Part shown: in pieces, positions 27,969 through 37,783 of the stretch
Layout: every line of letters starts with the position of its first letter
Numbering within the stretch: the first letter of the stretch is position 1
Virus record (IMG/VR): IMGVR_UViG_3300033074_000984
Direction: 5' to 3' (one strand)
Length of the DNA stretch: 64,000 nucleotides
Source of the DNA: a virus
Taxonomy: Duplodnaviria; Caudoviricetes
Position numbers and translations under genes: made by a program
The notes under the pieces: model-generated
Seen by the model: the letters and a program-made list of their open reading frames with translations, nothing else
Told to the model about the DNA's origin: nothing
Database searches by the model: none

Positions 27969-28738
27969 AACTGTTTATAGACAGCGCAGACCCAGAAGAC
28001 GTCATAGCTGCCACAAAGGACGGCGACAGCATAAAGGAGGCTCTCAACAACCACATCTCTGGCGTGACGACCAACCCCACACTCATTAAGCAGTACCTCG
28101 ACTCTCGAAAAGAGTCCTATAACGCTGATGGGGTGTATATGGACTATGTCACGGCGTTTACTAGAGCGCTTAGGTCTGTCTTGCCAGAGGGTTGCGTCTC
28201 GTTCGAGGTGACGTCTCGAGACAAGATTCGCGCCTTCGGCGAGGCCATAGCTCTTCGAGACGTCGGGCGTGAGACGAACTATCAAGTGTACGTCAAAGTT
28301 CCGTTCTATGCCGGCTTCGACCCCGAAGACAACGTCAAGCTGATCGGCGAGCTGAGTCGTAGAGGGGTCTTTGTCAACGTCACCGCCGTGACTAACGCCG
28401 AGCAGGTGCGCCGCGTCTTCGACGTGCTAGACACTGGCACGCCGTCAATAGTGTCCATCTTTGCTGGAAGGATAGCTGACGCCAGCTTGCCACCAGCACC
28501 ACTTTTCAGGTGTGAAGCTGCTCCTTCCTTGTGTGAAACTCTATGGGCCAGCTCGCGTCAGCCGTACTCGTACTTCGAGGCCCTTTCGGCTGGAGCAAAC
28601 ATCGTCACGATGACGCCGAGCATGCTCTCCAAACTCGTCAACACAACCATTCAATTCGCTGATGACATGAACAAGTTCGCAGCAGTCACTGCGGAGATGT
28701 TCTACACAGATGCAGGAAAAGCCGGACTCTATCTATGA
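27965..28738 (+). CDS. tal: Transaldolase
   Basis: LFIDSA, GVTTNP, VKVP (Schiff-base Lys), VNVT, SIFAGRI, LWASSR. Confidence 0.88.
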   Translation: MKLFIDSADPEDVIAATKDGDSIKEALNNHISGVTTNPTLIKQYLDSRKESYNADGVYMDYVTAFTRALRSVLPEGCVSFEVTSRDKIRAFGEAIALRDVGRETNYQVYVKVPFYAGFDPEDNVKLIGELSRRGVFVNVTAVTNAEQVRRVFDVLDTGTPSIVSIFAGRIADASLPPAPLFRCEAAPSLCETLWASSRQPYSYFEALSAGANIVTMTPSMLSKLVNTTIQFADDMNKFAAVTAEMFYTDAGKAGLYL

Positions 28739-29763
28739 CCGCTTTTGAAGAGAACGAGGTGTCTGTCACAGCAGCTGGTGGCACGGAGATCGCTAAGAGG
28801 ATGCTTGAGAAGCGCCTCGACCCCGAGCTTCTCAAGCACTTTCAGATCGTGAGCTCTCGAGTGCGAGACCTCGACGAGTCAAAGATCCGCATCTACTGGG
28901 CTCACGACCTCCCTGGTGACCCGGAGTGCGCGTTCCTCTCTGATCACAACTTGCGATCTAGGTTCCACAAGCTCGTGTTTGTGAGCGACTGGCAGTACCA
29001 AGCGTTTCGAGTGGTGCACAAGCTGCCGTGGTCGAGGACGTCTACAGTCATCGTTTCTGGCGTTGACACGATAGACGCTCGTCTCGACCAGAAGAGCCGC
29101 GAGGAGATTCATCTCTACTACGCCTCCACGCCCAATCGAGGGCTAGAGATACTCCTCGCGGTCTTCGAGCGTCTTGCACAGAAGTGGCCGCAAGCGAGAC
29201 TGCACGTGCACTCGAGCTTCAAGATCTACGGCTGGGAGGACCATGACAAGTCGTTCGAGCCGCTCTATGACCGCGCCCGAGCGCACCCGCAAGTGACGTA
29301 TCACGGACTCACGTCGCACGACGACCTCGCTGAGGCGATTAAGGGGTACCACATTCTCGCTTACCCCTGCACGTGGCAAGAGACCAGCTGTCGCGTACTG
29401 ATCGAGGCCATGTCTGGGCTGTGCATGCCGGTTCACCCGAACCTCGGGGCGCTGCCAGAGACGTCGGGCGGACTGACCCTCATGTACGACGGTGACTCTG
29501 ACCCTAACACCCACGCTCAAGAGTTCCACTCAGCGCTTGACGCAGCTGTCTCTCACGTCGCTGCTTGGCAGAAGGGCGACGCTCACGGCCTAGACTCTAG
29601 GCTGGCTCTTGTCAAGGCGTACTCTGACACCAAGCACTCGTCTGACCTCGTGACAAAGCAGTGGGACGTCTTGTTACGCAACCTGCTTGCTGCGTATCCG
29701 ACAGAGGAGAGTCGCAGGTCTCCGAAAGCCATGTTCTATTACGACACGTCGGAGGCTCAATGA
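28735..29763 (+). CDS. GT-B (GT4-like) glycosyltransferase
   Basis: GGTE, WAHD, FVSDWQ, STPNRGL, YP..ETSC..IEAM..GALPE. Confidence 0.88.
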   Translation: MTAFEENEVSVTAAGGTEIAKRMLEKRLDPELLKHFQIVSSRVRDLDESKIRIYWAHDLPGDPECAFLSDHNLRSRFHKLVFVSDWQYQAFRVVHKLPWSRTSTVIVSGVDTIDARLDQKSREEIHLYYASTPNRGLEILLAVFERLAQKWPQARLHVHSSFKIYGWEDHDKSFEPLYDRARAHPQVTYHGLTSHDDLAEAIKGYHILAYPCTWQETSCRVLIEAMSGLCMPVHPNLGALPETSGGLTLMYDGDSDPNTHAQEFHSALDAAVSHVAAWQKGDAHGLDSRLALVKAYSDTKHSSDLVTKQWDVLLRNLLAAYPTEESRRSPKAMFYYDTSEAQ

Positions 29764-30746
29764 TCGTTTCTAAGACGCCCTTGCGTGTGTCGCTGTTCTG
29801 TGGAGGCAGCGACATGCCGTGGTACTACTCAAAGTTCGGCGGAAACGCCCTCTCAATGGCCATTGACAAGTACGTCTATGTCAGCATCAATCGCACTCCG
29901 TACACCGGCGTGCGTACGATGTACGACCAGACGGAGGACGCGGTAGACGCTGAGGGTCTCAAGAACGTCATCGTTCGAGAGACCCTCAAGAAGTACGAGA
30001 TGCCTCGAGAGGTGACTGTAGCAAGCGTTACAGACGTACGAGCGCATGGAGCGGGACTCGGGTCGTCAAGCACGTTTACTGTAGGCCTCGTAGCTGCGGT
30101 GAAGCGCGCACTCATCCCAGACCTCGACTACTTCAACCCGTTCTATCTCGCTGAGAGCGCTGTAGACATCGAGATCAACCGGTGCGGATACGCCATCGGT
30201 AAGCAGGACCAGTACGCTGCAGCGTTTGGCGGCGTCAACTTCTTCCGCTTCAAAGAAGACGGAGAGGTCACTATTCGATCTCCAGGTGCGCTGATAGACG
30301 GCGCGATGGAGCTTCAAAAGAACCTCATGCTCGTGTACTCAGGCAGCTCTCGATCTGCAGACGACATACTGAGGCGACAGGCGGCTGAGGCGCTGTCTGA
30401 CCCCGACAAGCTGTCTCGCATCAAGCGAAACGCTGAGCGCGCTCTTGAAGCGACTTACTCTCTCGAACACGGGGACGTGCTCGTAGTCGGTCAGCTCTTG
30501 AACGACGCCTGGAGAGACAAGAAGCTGTCGGTGTCCGGCATGACCGACGATCGGTTTGACGCGATCTATGACCGAGCCATGGAAGCGGGCGCTGTTGGCG
30601 GCAAGCTTCTTGGCGCAGGGGGCGGCGGGTTCTTTCTGTTCTATGTAGAGCCTGACAAGCAAGCCTCAGTAGCTCGAGCGGTGTCTCCGTGTCTTGTCTA
30701 TCCGTTCTCGATCTCTCTTCAGGGCTGTCAGTGCTATGAGATATGA
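29760..30746 (+). CDS. hddA: GHMP-family D-glycero-alpha-D-manno-heptose-7-phosphate kinase
   Basis: KTPLRVS..GGSD, GAGLGSSS, GKQDQYAAAFGG, GGKLLGAGGGG. Confidence 0.88.
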   Translation: MIVSKTPLRVSLFCGGSDMPWYYSKFGGNALSMAIDKYVYVSINRTPYTGVRTMYDQTEDAVDAEGLKNVIVRETLKKYEMPREVTVASVTDVRAHGAGLGSSSTFTVGLVAAVKRALIPDLDYFNPFYLAESAVDIEINRCGYAIGKQDQYAAAFGGVNFFRFKEDGEVTIRSPGALIDGAMELQKNLMLVYSGSSRSADDILRRQAAEALSDPDKLSRIKRNAERALEATYSLEHGDVLVVGQLLNDAWRDKKLSVSGMTDDRFDAIYDRAMEAGAVGGKLLGAGGGGFFLFYVEPDKQASVARAVSPCLVYPFSISLQGCQCYEI

Positions 30747-30885
30747 GAACAACGGAGACGTTACGTTCTCTCGCTTAGCCAAAGACTGGGTCGTGCCATG
30801 GATGAACGGCGTCCTAGCGATGCCGGCGAGCTTAATAAAGTAAGTCTCGATTGACCTTGTTTAGCTCTTGTTGTATAAAGTTGCT

Positions 30886-31074
30886 ATGAAACCGTTGATC
30901 CAGCACCCTGACACCGCCCTGGGCATCCTCAATGACATCGCTTGCTACGTAGACGACGCTAGGACGGCGATCGCTAAGGACGACCTCTATGACCTCCACC
31001 TAGCGTTGTGGAGCGCCATAGAGCGCGCGAGAGAGACCATTCTACTAACCGGTCCGGTAGGAGTGATTCGTTGA
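30886..31074 (+). CDS. Hypothetical protein, probably leaderless
   Basis: TTGACC-17-TATAAA at 30851-30879, ATG 6 nt later. Confidence 0.55.
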   Translation: MKPLIQHPDTALGILNDIACYVDDARTAIAKDDLYDLHLALWSAIERARETILLTGPVGVIR

Positions 31075-31928
31075 TAATCCTGGACTATAACCAGACGTTC
31101 ATCTCTGCCGCCGTCGCTCATTCAAGGATCACCGGCGCTACTGGAACAGATGAGTCTCTGTTACGTCACATGGCTCTCAACACGATAAGAGCTGTAAACG
31201 TGCGGTTTCGTGGCTCAGACGGTCGTCTCGTTATCGCAGCTGACCACAACAAGTCATGGCGATCAGGCGTCTTTCCGTACTACAAGGCTAATCGGAAGAG
31301 CCGCTCCGCGTACAAAGACGGTCTCGGCATCGACTGGACCGTCCTGTTCTCCGTGATGGACGAGGTGCGCGAGGGCCTCGAGCAGTACTTCGCTTATCCT
31401 GTCATCCGTGTCGAGGGCGCTGAGGCCGATGACGTAATCGCCACTCTCGTAGAGGCCATAGACGGCACCGAGAGCGTCATGATAGTCTCGGGCGACCATG
31501 ACTTTTACCAGCTTCAAGCGTTTCCTAGGGTCTCACAGTACGACTGGGTGCACAAGAAGAGCGTCGCGTATGACGTCGACCCATTCACCTACCTACACGA
31601 CCACGTCATTCGCGGCGACCCTGGCGACGGCGTGCCAAACGTCTTCTCCGAAGACGACGTGTTCGTGAACCCTTCAGCGAAGAAGACGAGGGTCACGCCA
31701 CGAAAACTGGCTCTCGTGTCGCCAGCACTGTCAAGCACCGACCCGACGATTGAGAGTCGACTTCGTAGGAACGAGACGCTCATCGACTTGAACTTCACGC
31801 CTGCACGAATAAAGGACTCGATTCTCTCATGTCTTGCGGCGCAGGCTAACAAAGACGGCGCTGAGGCGTATAGGTATCTTACGCGCCACAATCTCAGACG
31901 GCTCTACGAGAGCCTGTCTGACTTCTGA
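31071..31928 (+). CDS. rnh: T4-type RNase H (5' nuclease)
   Basis: ILDYNQ, SWR..PYYKANR, EADDVIA, SGDHDF.QL, GDPGDGVPN. Confidence 0.92.
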   Translation: MIILDYNQTFISAAVAHSRITGATGTDESLLRHMALNTIRAVNVRFRGSDGRLVIAADHNKSWRSGVFPYYKANRKSRSAYKDGLGIDWTVLFSVMDEVREGLEQYFAYPVIRVEGAEADDVIATLVEAIDGTESVMIVSGDHDFYQLQAFPRVSQYDWVHKKSVAYDVDPFTYLHDHVIRGDPGDGVPNVFSEDDVFVNPSAKKTRVTPRKLALVSPALSSTDPTIESRLRRNETLIDLNFTPARIKDSILSCLAAQANKDGAEAYRYLTRHNLRRLYESLSDF

Positions 31929-31977
31929 GCCTCGCGAGCAGGCTAGAGCCCGTTTAACGAAGAGTGAGAACTTAAAG

Positions 31978-32250
31978 ATGAACTCCAACAAACTGTTGCT
32001 CGGCTTGGCTGTCGCGCTCGCCGCTGTCTCTCTCGCCGCGTGTGGCGAGCACTCCCTCACCTCAGCCGAAATTGCTCAGGCGGAGCTCGGCGCACGCGAC
32101 TTCGCGGCTCGCGGCGGCTACAACTTCCTCGGCTGCAGCGCCCTGGACTCGGACGGCGATCGTTACACGACCTGCAACCTGACCGACAAGAACGACAAGC
32201 GCGTGGACATCGTCTGCGCCTACTCCGATCGCGGCTGCAAGATGAAGTGA
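31978..32250 (+). CDS. Lipoprotein
   Basis: Lipobox LAAC; four additional Cys. Confidence 0.75.
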   Translation: MNSNKLLLGLAVALAAVSLAACGEHSLTSAEIAQAELGARDFAARGGYNFLGCSALDSDGDRYTTCNLTDKNDKRVDIVCAYSDRGCKMK

Positions 32251-32255
32251 CGACT

Positions 32256-32282
32256 CGGGGCGGGCCGCGCAGGCCCGCCCCG
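32256..32282 (+). repeat. Perfect 11-bp GC hairpin
   Basis: CGGGGCGGGCC-GCGCA-GGCCCGCCCCG with no U-tract. Confidence 0.7.
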
Positions 32283-32299
32283 CTCAACAAGGATAACAG

Positions 32300-32758
32300 A
32301 TGCCCCGAAAGTCAGTGAGCGCTACTCTAGCAGAGATATCTGCTGAGCCCGACGTAAACAGACGCATCGCCGCGCTCAGAGCTGTTCCAGCACTGACGCC
32401 GCTCTTGCAAGGAGCGATGCATCCCGGTATCAAGTGGTTGATACCGGAAGGATCTCCGCCGTTTAGGCCAAATATGTTTCCGGACCAAGACAGCGCTCTT
32501 TGGCAAGAGCTGAGGCGTCTGTACTTGTTCGTTGAGGGTGGTCACAAGACGCTCAGTCAGGCTCGACGAGAGTCGCTCTTCATTGACATCCTCGAAGCGG
32601 TGAACACGGAAGACGCTGCCCTGATGATCGCCGCTAAAGACAAGAAGCTTCCATATCCAGGAATCACTCCCGAAGTGGTGCGAGCGGCCTTTCCTGGCCT
32701 CCTTGGGCAGGACGAGCCCGCACCAAAACGAAGACGAAGAGGACAGAAGAGTGTCTAA
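32300..32758 (+). CDS. Conserved T4-like hypothetical protein
   Basis: W.IPEG.PP, ELRRLYLF, RRESLFI..LE, KDKKLPY. Confidence 0.75.
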   Translation: MPRKSVSATLAEISAEPDVNRRIAALRAVPALTPLLQGAMHPGIKWLIPEGSPPFRPNMFPDQDSALWQELRRLYLFVEGGHKTLSQARRESLFIDILEAVNTEDAALMIAAKDKKLPYPGITPEVVRAAFPGLLGQDEPAPKRRRRGQKSV

Positions 32759-33445
32759 CGACCTTCTTGACTGGGCAGTCGTGCAATGGAAGCGCGAGGT
32801 CGCTAACAGGCCGCTTCAGAACATTCACCGTCGTACGCTAGACGGCACGTGGAGGCAGATGGTGCGTAAGCTCGGCGGCGACGACCTCGAGCTTCTCGGT
32901 CCCTGTCATGACGACCTGCTTGACGCGCAGGTGCGAGCTTGAGATGGGCAGGTGGCTGCCACCAACGGATCATGCAGAGTGGACCGAACGCAGGTGTCCA
33001 CGCTGCGGCTCGAGAGTAGTCGTAACCGGCTTCAGCGGTGCAGTCGCTGAGTGGTGCGAGAATCATCGAGGCTGGGTAGACGGGCTCGACAACGTGCAAG
33101 AGCCAGACACCGGACAGAGCTGTAACTACGTGCTGTTTGCAGGATAGTGACATGAGCAAGCACAGGTTCGAAGAAGACCACGAAGCTGAAGAGGACAAGA
33201 GAAGGACGCGCCGTGAGGACAGGATTCGCAGAGAAGCAAGAAGAAAAAGAGTCGTCCGAGAAGAAGACGCTGACTCTCGAGATTAGAGAGTCATTCATTC
33301 GCGCGATGGACGACGTCGCTGACATCTCTCTCATGAAGCTGATCGACGTCGCGGTCGCCGGCTCTATTCTTGCTGGAAGAGAGCCGGTCAAGCGCGTGGT
33401 TCTCACCATAGACATGGACGTTCCTAACGGAAGCGACTACCTCTA

Positions 33446-33676
33446 ATGGGAACCTTCACGTTTCGAGACAAGAGCACCGGAGAGGACGTCGTCATGACGA
33501 TGTCTATATCTGACGCTGAGGCCTTCGTCAAAGCCAACCCTCACATGGACTGGCTCTGCGGTGCACCGCTGCTTCACAGCGGTCGCGGCATGAAGAAGCC
33601 GGAAGACGGGTTCCGAGACGTCCTTCGTGACATAAAGAAGCGAAACGCCGGCGCCGACGGCATAAACACGTTTTGA
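33446..33676 (+). CDS. Conserved small protein (FmdB-like N-terminus)
   Basis: TFTFRDKSTGE..NPH..DGFRDVL..IKK. Confidence 0.65.
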   Translation: MGTFTFRDKSTGEDVVMTMSISDAEAFVKANPHMDWLCGAPLLHSGRGMKKPEDGFRDVLRDIKKRNAGADGINTF

Positions 33677-34105
33677 GGTGGAATGAGCACCGCTAACTGC
33701 GTATCTACAGACACCACCGCTTACTCTAGAATCGGTGAGTGGCAGACGTCTAGTCCCACGTGTCACCTGAGGTGGGTACCGAAGCTGATTCCTGGCGACA
33801 GTCGCCCGCGGTACGTGTTAGAGCAGCTGTGGGAGACGACGAACGTTTTTGGACACGTCGTCGCTGAGACCTGGCGAGACGTGCCGATAGAGCACCCTCA
33901 GCCGTTAGAGGGAGGTGCGGGAGTTGACTGATGGTGAAATCGAGGCTCTCGAAACTCGTATGGACACGGTGCTATCAATAGCACCGAAAGATGCGCTTGC
34001 TACGATCAACTTCAGCGCTGACGGGTTCAAATGCACCGCTGTGTTCAGCGTAAAAGAGCTTAGAAAGATCATGAGCGGCTACCAAGCTTACAAGGACCTC
34101 TGCAT

Positions 34106-34786
34106 ATGACCGGGCCAAAGTTCAGCCCAAGAGACAGGTTCATACTCGAGCTCCTACCGAAGCTCGACGGCGTGACTCGAGAGGACACGCCTGACGGCAG
34201 GTTCTATCGAGTTCCAAAGGATGACGGGACGAGCGGTCTCTATCCCAGCGTCACGACGGTGCTCGGGAGAACTGCAGACAAGAGGTGGCTCGATCGCTGG
34301 CGATCTCGAGTCGGCGATGTAGAAGCTGACAGGGTCTCGCACGTGGCTCGATCGAGGGGCAAGGCGCTTCACGAGGCGCTCGAGGCGTACGTCCTCAATC
34401 GCGACCTGCCGAGCATGATGCCTGACATAGCGGTAGACGTTGGCGCCGCTCGAAGAGCGCTTGACGTAGGGTTGACGCGAGTTTACGGCTCGGAGCACTT
34501 CCTCTACTCACACGAGCTCCGAGCAGCTGGCACGGCTGACCTGATAGGCCTCTGGGACGCCATGCCCGCCGTCATTGACTTCAAGACGGCTAAGGACGTC
34601 AAGCGAGAGGACGACATTCTTGACTACTTCATCCAAGCCACCGCTTACGCGTGGATGGTGGAGGAGCGGTACCAGATGCCGATCGTTAACGTCGTGATCT
34701 TGCTCATGAACGGATGTGCATGGCCACAGAAGATCGTTCGGCCAGTTAAGGACTACGTCAGTCTTGTACGGGATCGCTTCTCATGA
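34106..34786 (+). CDS. PD-(D/E)XK exonuclease
   Basis: YPSVTTVL, RG..H..E, E..AGTAD..IDFKT..Q..AY. Confidence 0.88.
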   Translation: MTGPKFSPRDRFILELLPKLDGVTREDTPDGRFYRVPKDDGTSGLYPSVTTVLGRTADKRWLDRWRSRVGDVEADRVSHVARSRGKALHEALEAYVLNRDLPSMMPDIAVDVGAARRALDVGLTRVYGSEHFLYSHELRAAGTADLIGLWDAMPAVIDFKTAKDVKREDDILDYFIQATAYAWMVEERYQMPIVNVVILLMNGCAWPQKIVRPVKDYVSLVRDRFS

Positions 34787-35119
34787 ACATGGACCTCTCG
34801 ACTCTCTCTCCACGAGTCGCTCGGGCGGCGAAGTCAGCAGCGGCGCTGCTGTTGGGCGACAGAGCCAAGCGTATCGAGCTCAAGGCGCGAGCTCGTGGCA
34901 AGTCGCCAAAACTGTCCTATGACAGCACAGGACCCGCTCCGCCGGACAAGTTCCTGCTAGAGGTGCCCGCGCTCTTTACGGAGCAAGAGCAGGTGACGCA
35001 TCTCGTGTGCCACCTGGCGGACATAGCTCGCATACTCAATCAGTATAAAAAGGACTGGCTCGTGCCAGGAGTTGACATGTGGAGCCATGTCGTCGTAGAC
35101 GAGACCGAGGAGGAGTAGC

Positions 35120-35884
35120 TTGCCACCAAAACTGCCGCTACTAGAACCGATAGCGACGAAGGACTTGTCCGCGCTTCGTGAAGCGGCCGCTCTTGCGAAG
35201 CAGCTCAGGACAGAGCTGCTTTACGCGACGCAAGAGGGAGTGACTCCTAAAGAGCTGGACTCTCTCGCGTCAGACTTCTGTAAGCGATCTGGCGCCAGGG
35301 CCGTCCTAAAGGGCTACAACGGGTATCCTGCAGCGATATGCGTTTCAGTGAATGACGCCGTGCTGCATGGGGTCCCCAGCGCGCGGCCGTTCAGCAGGGG
35401 CGACGTCGTAACGGTGGACCTCGCACTCAAACTCGGAAGGATGCACGCCGACTGTGCAGCCACGAAGGTGATAGGAGCCGGCTCTAGAGACGTCGAGAAG
35501 CTCGTGCAAGTCGCGCGTGGCGCAACTGACGCTGGAATAGCAGCGTGTAAAGCGGGGTCTCGAGTGGGTGACATCAGCGCAGCTATAGAGTCATACGCCA
35601 GGTTCCATGAACACTTGTTCATTAGAGAGTTTGGCGGACACGGCATCGGCCGGCGGCTGCACGCAGAGCCGACAGTGCTGTCGTTTGGCAGAGCAGGTAC
35701 AGGCGAGGTGCTCGTAGAGGGTCTGACGCTCACTATCGAGCCCGCTCTAGTAACCGGCGGCTCGACGTGGCGACTCGACGATGACGGCTGGACCATAAGG
35801 ACGGTCGACGGAGGCTTCGGAGCCCAGTTCGAGGAGATGGTATACATAGGCCCGAACGGACCAGAAGTTCTTACGGGAGACTGA
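35120..35884 (+). CDS. map: Methionine aminopeptidase type I
   Basis: Y.GYP..C.SVND...HGVP, VD..D, GHGIG..LH, IEP, D.WT..T.DG..AQFE. Confidence 0.92.
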   Translation: MPPKLPLLEPIATKDLSALREAAALAKQLRTELLYATQEGVTPKELDSLASDFCKRSGARAVLKGYNGYPAAICVSVNDAVLHGVPSARPFSRGDVVTVDLALKLGRMHADCAATKVIGAGSRDVEKLVQVARGATDAGIAACKAGSRVGDISAAIESYARFHEHLFIREFGGHGIGRRLHAEPTVLSFGRAGTGEVLVEGLTLTIEPALVTGGSTWRLDDDGWTIRTVDGGFGAQFEEMVYIGPNGPEVLTGD

Positions 35885-35887
35885 CAC

Positions 35888-36391
35888 ATGCACGTGTACG
35901 TGCTTTATGGACAAGGCGGCGTCATAACGAGCTACGGCATGAAGCTCCTTGCAGAGGACGTCGCTCGACAGAACCCTCGAGCCGTAGTTGAGACGCGAAA
36001 CTGGGAAGACTATGAACGAGTACGCGACGAGATCAACAAGCAAGTCGGCACCACCGAGAGCTTCGTCGTCATCGGTTACTCTCTTGGCGCTAACGCTCTG
36101 GGCGCTATAGCTCAGGGCCTTAAGCGCGACGTCGCTCTCATGGTCGGGTACGACCCCTCCGTTTGGTCTCCCAGCTACCCGCTCACGTCTCGAGTGAAGC
36201 GCGCTATTCATTTCAAGAACCTCGGTTTCGACTTCTTTGGAAGGGCGGACATGCTCTCGGAAGAGGACGGGCCAAAGATCGAGGTGCACGGCGTGTATGA
36301 CGCTCACCTGGCGATATGTTGGGACAAGTCGCTGCACGCGATCACGCTCGAGGCCGTATCAGAGGTTGCTAAGAATGAGAGACGAAGTTAG
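35888..36391 (+). CDS. Small alpha/beta hydrolase
   Basis: GYSLG nucleophile elbow, DP, distal H. Confidence 0.65.
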   Translation: MHVYVLYGQGGVITSYGMKLLAEDVARQNPRAVVETRNWEDYERVRDEINKQVGTTESFVVIGYSLGANALGAIAQGLKRDVALMVGYDPSVWSPSYPLTSRVKRAIHFKNLGFDFFGRADMLSEEDGPKIEVHGVYDAHLAICWDKSLHAITLEAVSEVAKNERRS

Positions 36392-36660
36392 TGCGGCTGT
36401 CGCCGTACCAAGCGAGCGCGGCTACTACTTTTCAAGACTCGTCGACTCTGACGCTGAGGAGCATCATCGTGCGGTCTACTGGACCGGCGATCACTTCAGA
36501 GTGAACTTTAGCGCCAAGAACGCAGAAGTTGTGGGATGGCTAGCTTGCTCTTTTAAGAGCCAGCCCCTCTGCCAGAACTTCGGCCTCTACAGCCTCAAAA
36601 AAGACGGCTAGTCGAGCTTTTGAGGGTTTACTTCTGCCTCAGCTGTGATATAATGCTGCC

Positions 36661-36825
36661 ATGATCGACGCCACTCCCGATGAACTCTGGTGGGCCATTC
36701 GCCGCGCTAGTTGCAGCGACCCAGCCAAAGCGGTGCGCGTCGTGTTGTTCTCACGAGCTGACCTAGACAAGGCGCTCAAGCTTCTTAACTATGTGAAGGA
36801 AAAATCTAATGGCTCATGCGATTGA
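36661..36825 (+). CDS. Small leaderless ORF (54 aa)
   Basis: TG-TATAAT at 36649-36654, ATG 6 nt later; overlaps the start of the next gene. Confidence 0.45.
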   Translation: MIDATPDELWWAIRRASCSDPAKAVRVVLFSRADLDKALKLLNYVKEKSNGSCD

Positions 36826-37783
36826 ACGGCTCGCTGACGGCACCTACTCCATGGCCTGGGCTGGCGACGTTCCCTGGCACGGTCTCGGTAAGAAGGTTCC
36901 GAGCGACCTCACGCCCGAACAGATGCTTCAGGCGGCCGGTCTCGACTGGGAGGTCGTAAAGGCTCCCGGCTTCGCTGACCTTAACGGCGAGCGCGTTGAC
37001 ATTGGTCGGTCGGCCCTCATTCGCACGAGCGACAACTCCGTGCTCGACGTCGTCTCGTCCGACTGGCACCCGCTCCAGAACGCAGAGGCGTTCGGCTTCT
37101 TCCATGACTGGGTCATGGCCGGTGACATGGAGATGCACACTGCCGGCAGCTTGCGTGACGGCAAGATCGTCTGGGCTCTCGCCAAGATGAAGTCGTCCGC
37201 GATCGAGCTCTTCAAGGGTCGTGACGTTATCGAGCCCTACATGCTCTTCACCAACCCGCACCAGTACGGCTGGAGCGTTGACGTCCGCCTGACCCCGATC
37301 CGCGTGGTCTGCAACAACACCATCACCGTCGCTCTCTCGAAGGGCACCGGCGCTGACAAGGTCGTTCGCGTCTCCCACCGCAACCAGTTCAACGCGGAGG
37401 AGGTCAAGGAGACCATGGGCATCGCTCACGACAAGCTGAATCGCTACGCAGAGGCTGCTGCGTTCCTCGGCTCCAAGCGCTACAAGGACGAGACGATGGT
37501 CGACTACTTCCGGGAGATGTTTCCCGGTGGCAGCTTCAACGAGGACGGCTCGCGCGAGCTGTCACGCACCGCGCGCGTCGCGACCGACATCGTCGAGACA
37601 CAGCCCGGCGCTGACGTCGCTCCCGGCTCCTTCTGGAACCTCTTTAACGGCGTCACGTTCCTCGTTGACCATCACGTCGGTCGCTCGACCGACACCCGCG
37701 TCGCCAACGCCTGGTACGGCGGCGCTCGGACGCTGAAGCAGAAGGCGCTGCGGCGCGCAGTTGAACTCGCGGAGGCGGCCTAA
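36809..37783 (+). CDS. DUF932 family phage/plasmid protein
   Basis: PWHGLG..AGLDWEV, PLQNAEAF.FF, TAGSL.DG..VW.LA, TPIRVVCNNT. Confidence 0.88.
   Translation: MAHAIERLADGTYSMAWAGDVPWHGLGKKVPSDLTPEQMLQAAGLDWEVVKAPGFADLNGERVDIGRSALIRTSDNSVLDVVSSDWHPLQNAEAFGFFHDWVMAGDMEMHTAGSLRDGKIVWALAKMKSSAIELFKGRDVIEPYMLFTNPHQYGWSVDVRLTPIRVVCNNTITVALSKGTGADKVVRVSHRNQFNAEEVKETMGIAHDKLNRYAEAAAFLGSKRYKDETMVDYFREMFPGGSFNEDGSRELSRTARVATDIVETQPGADVAPGSFWNLFNGVTFLVDHHVGRSTDTRVANAWYGGARTLKQKALRRAVELAEAA

Noticed and set aside
32256-32282. Intrinsic terminator
   Set aside because: Strong stem but no U-tract on either strand; kept only as a hairpin
34106-34786. Cas4/CRISPR link for the PD-(D/E)XK nuclease
   Set aside because: No Fe-S cysteine cluster and no array; matches the common T4-like exonuclease
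35314-37429. Long minus-strand ORFs (35314-35889, 35747-36337, 36806-37429) and similar shadow ORFs elsewhere
   Set aside because: Antisense shadows of well-supported plus-strand genes in GC-rich DNA
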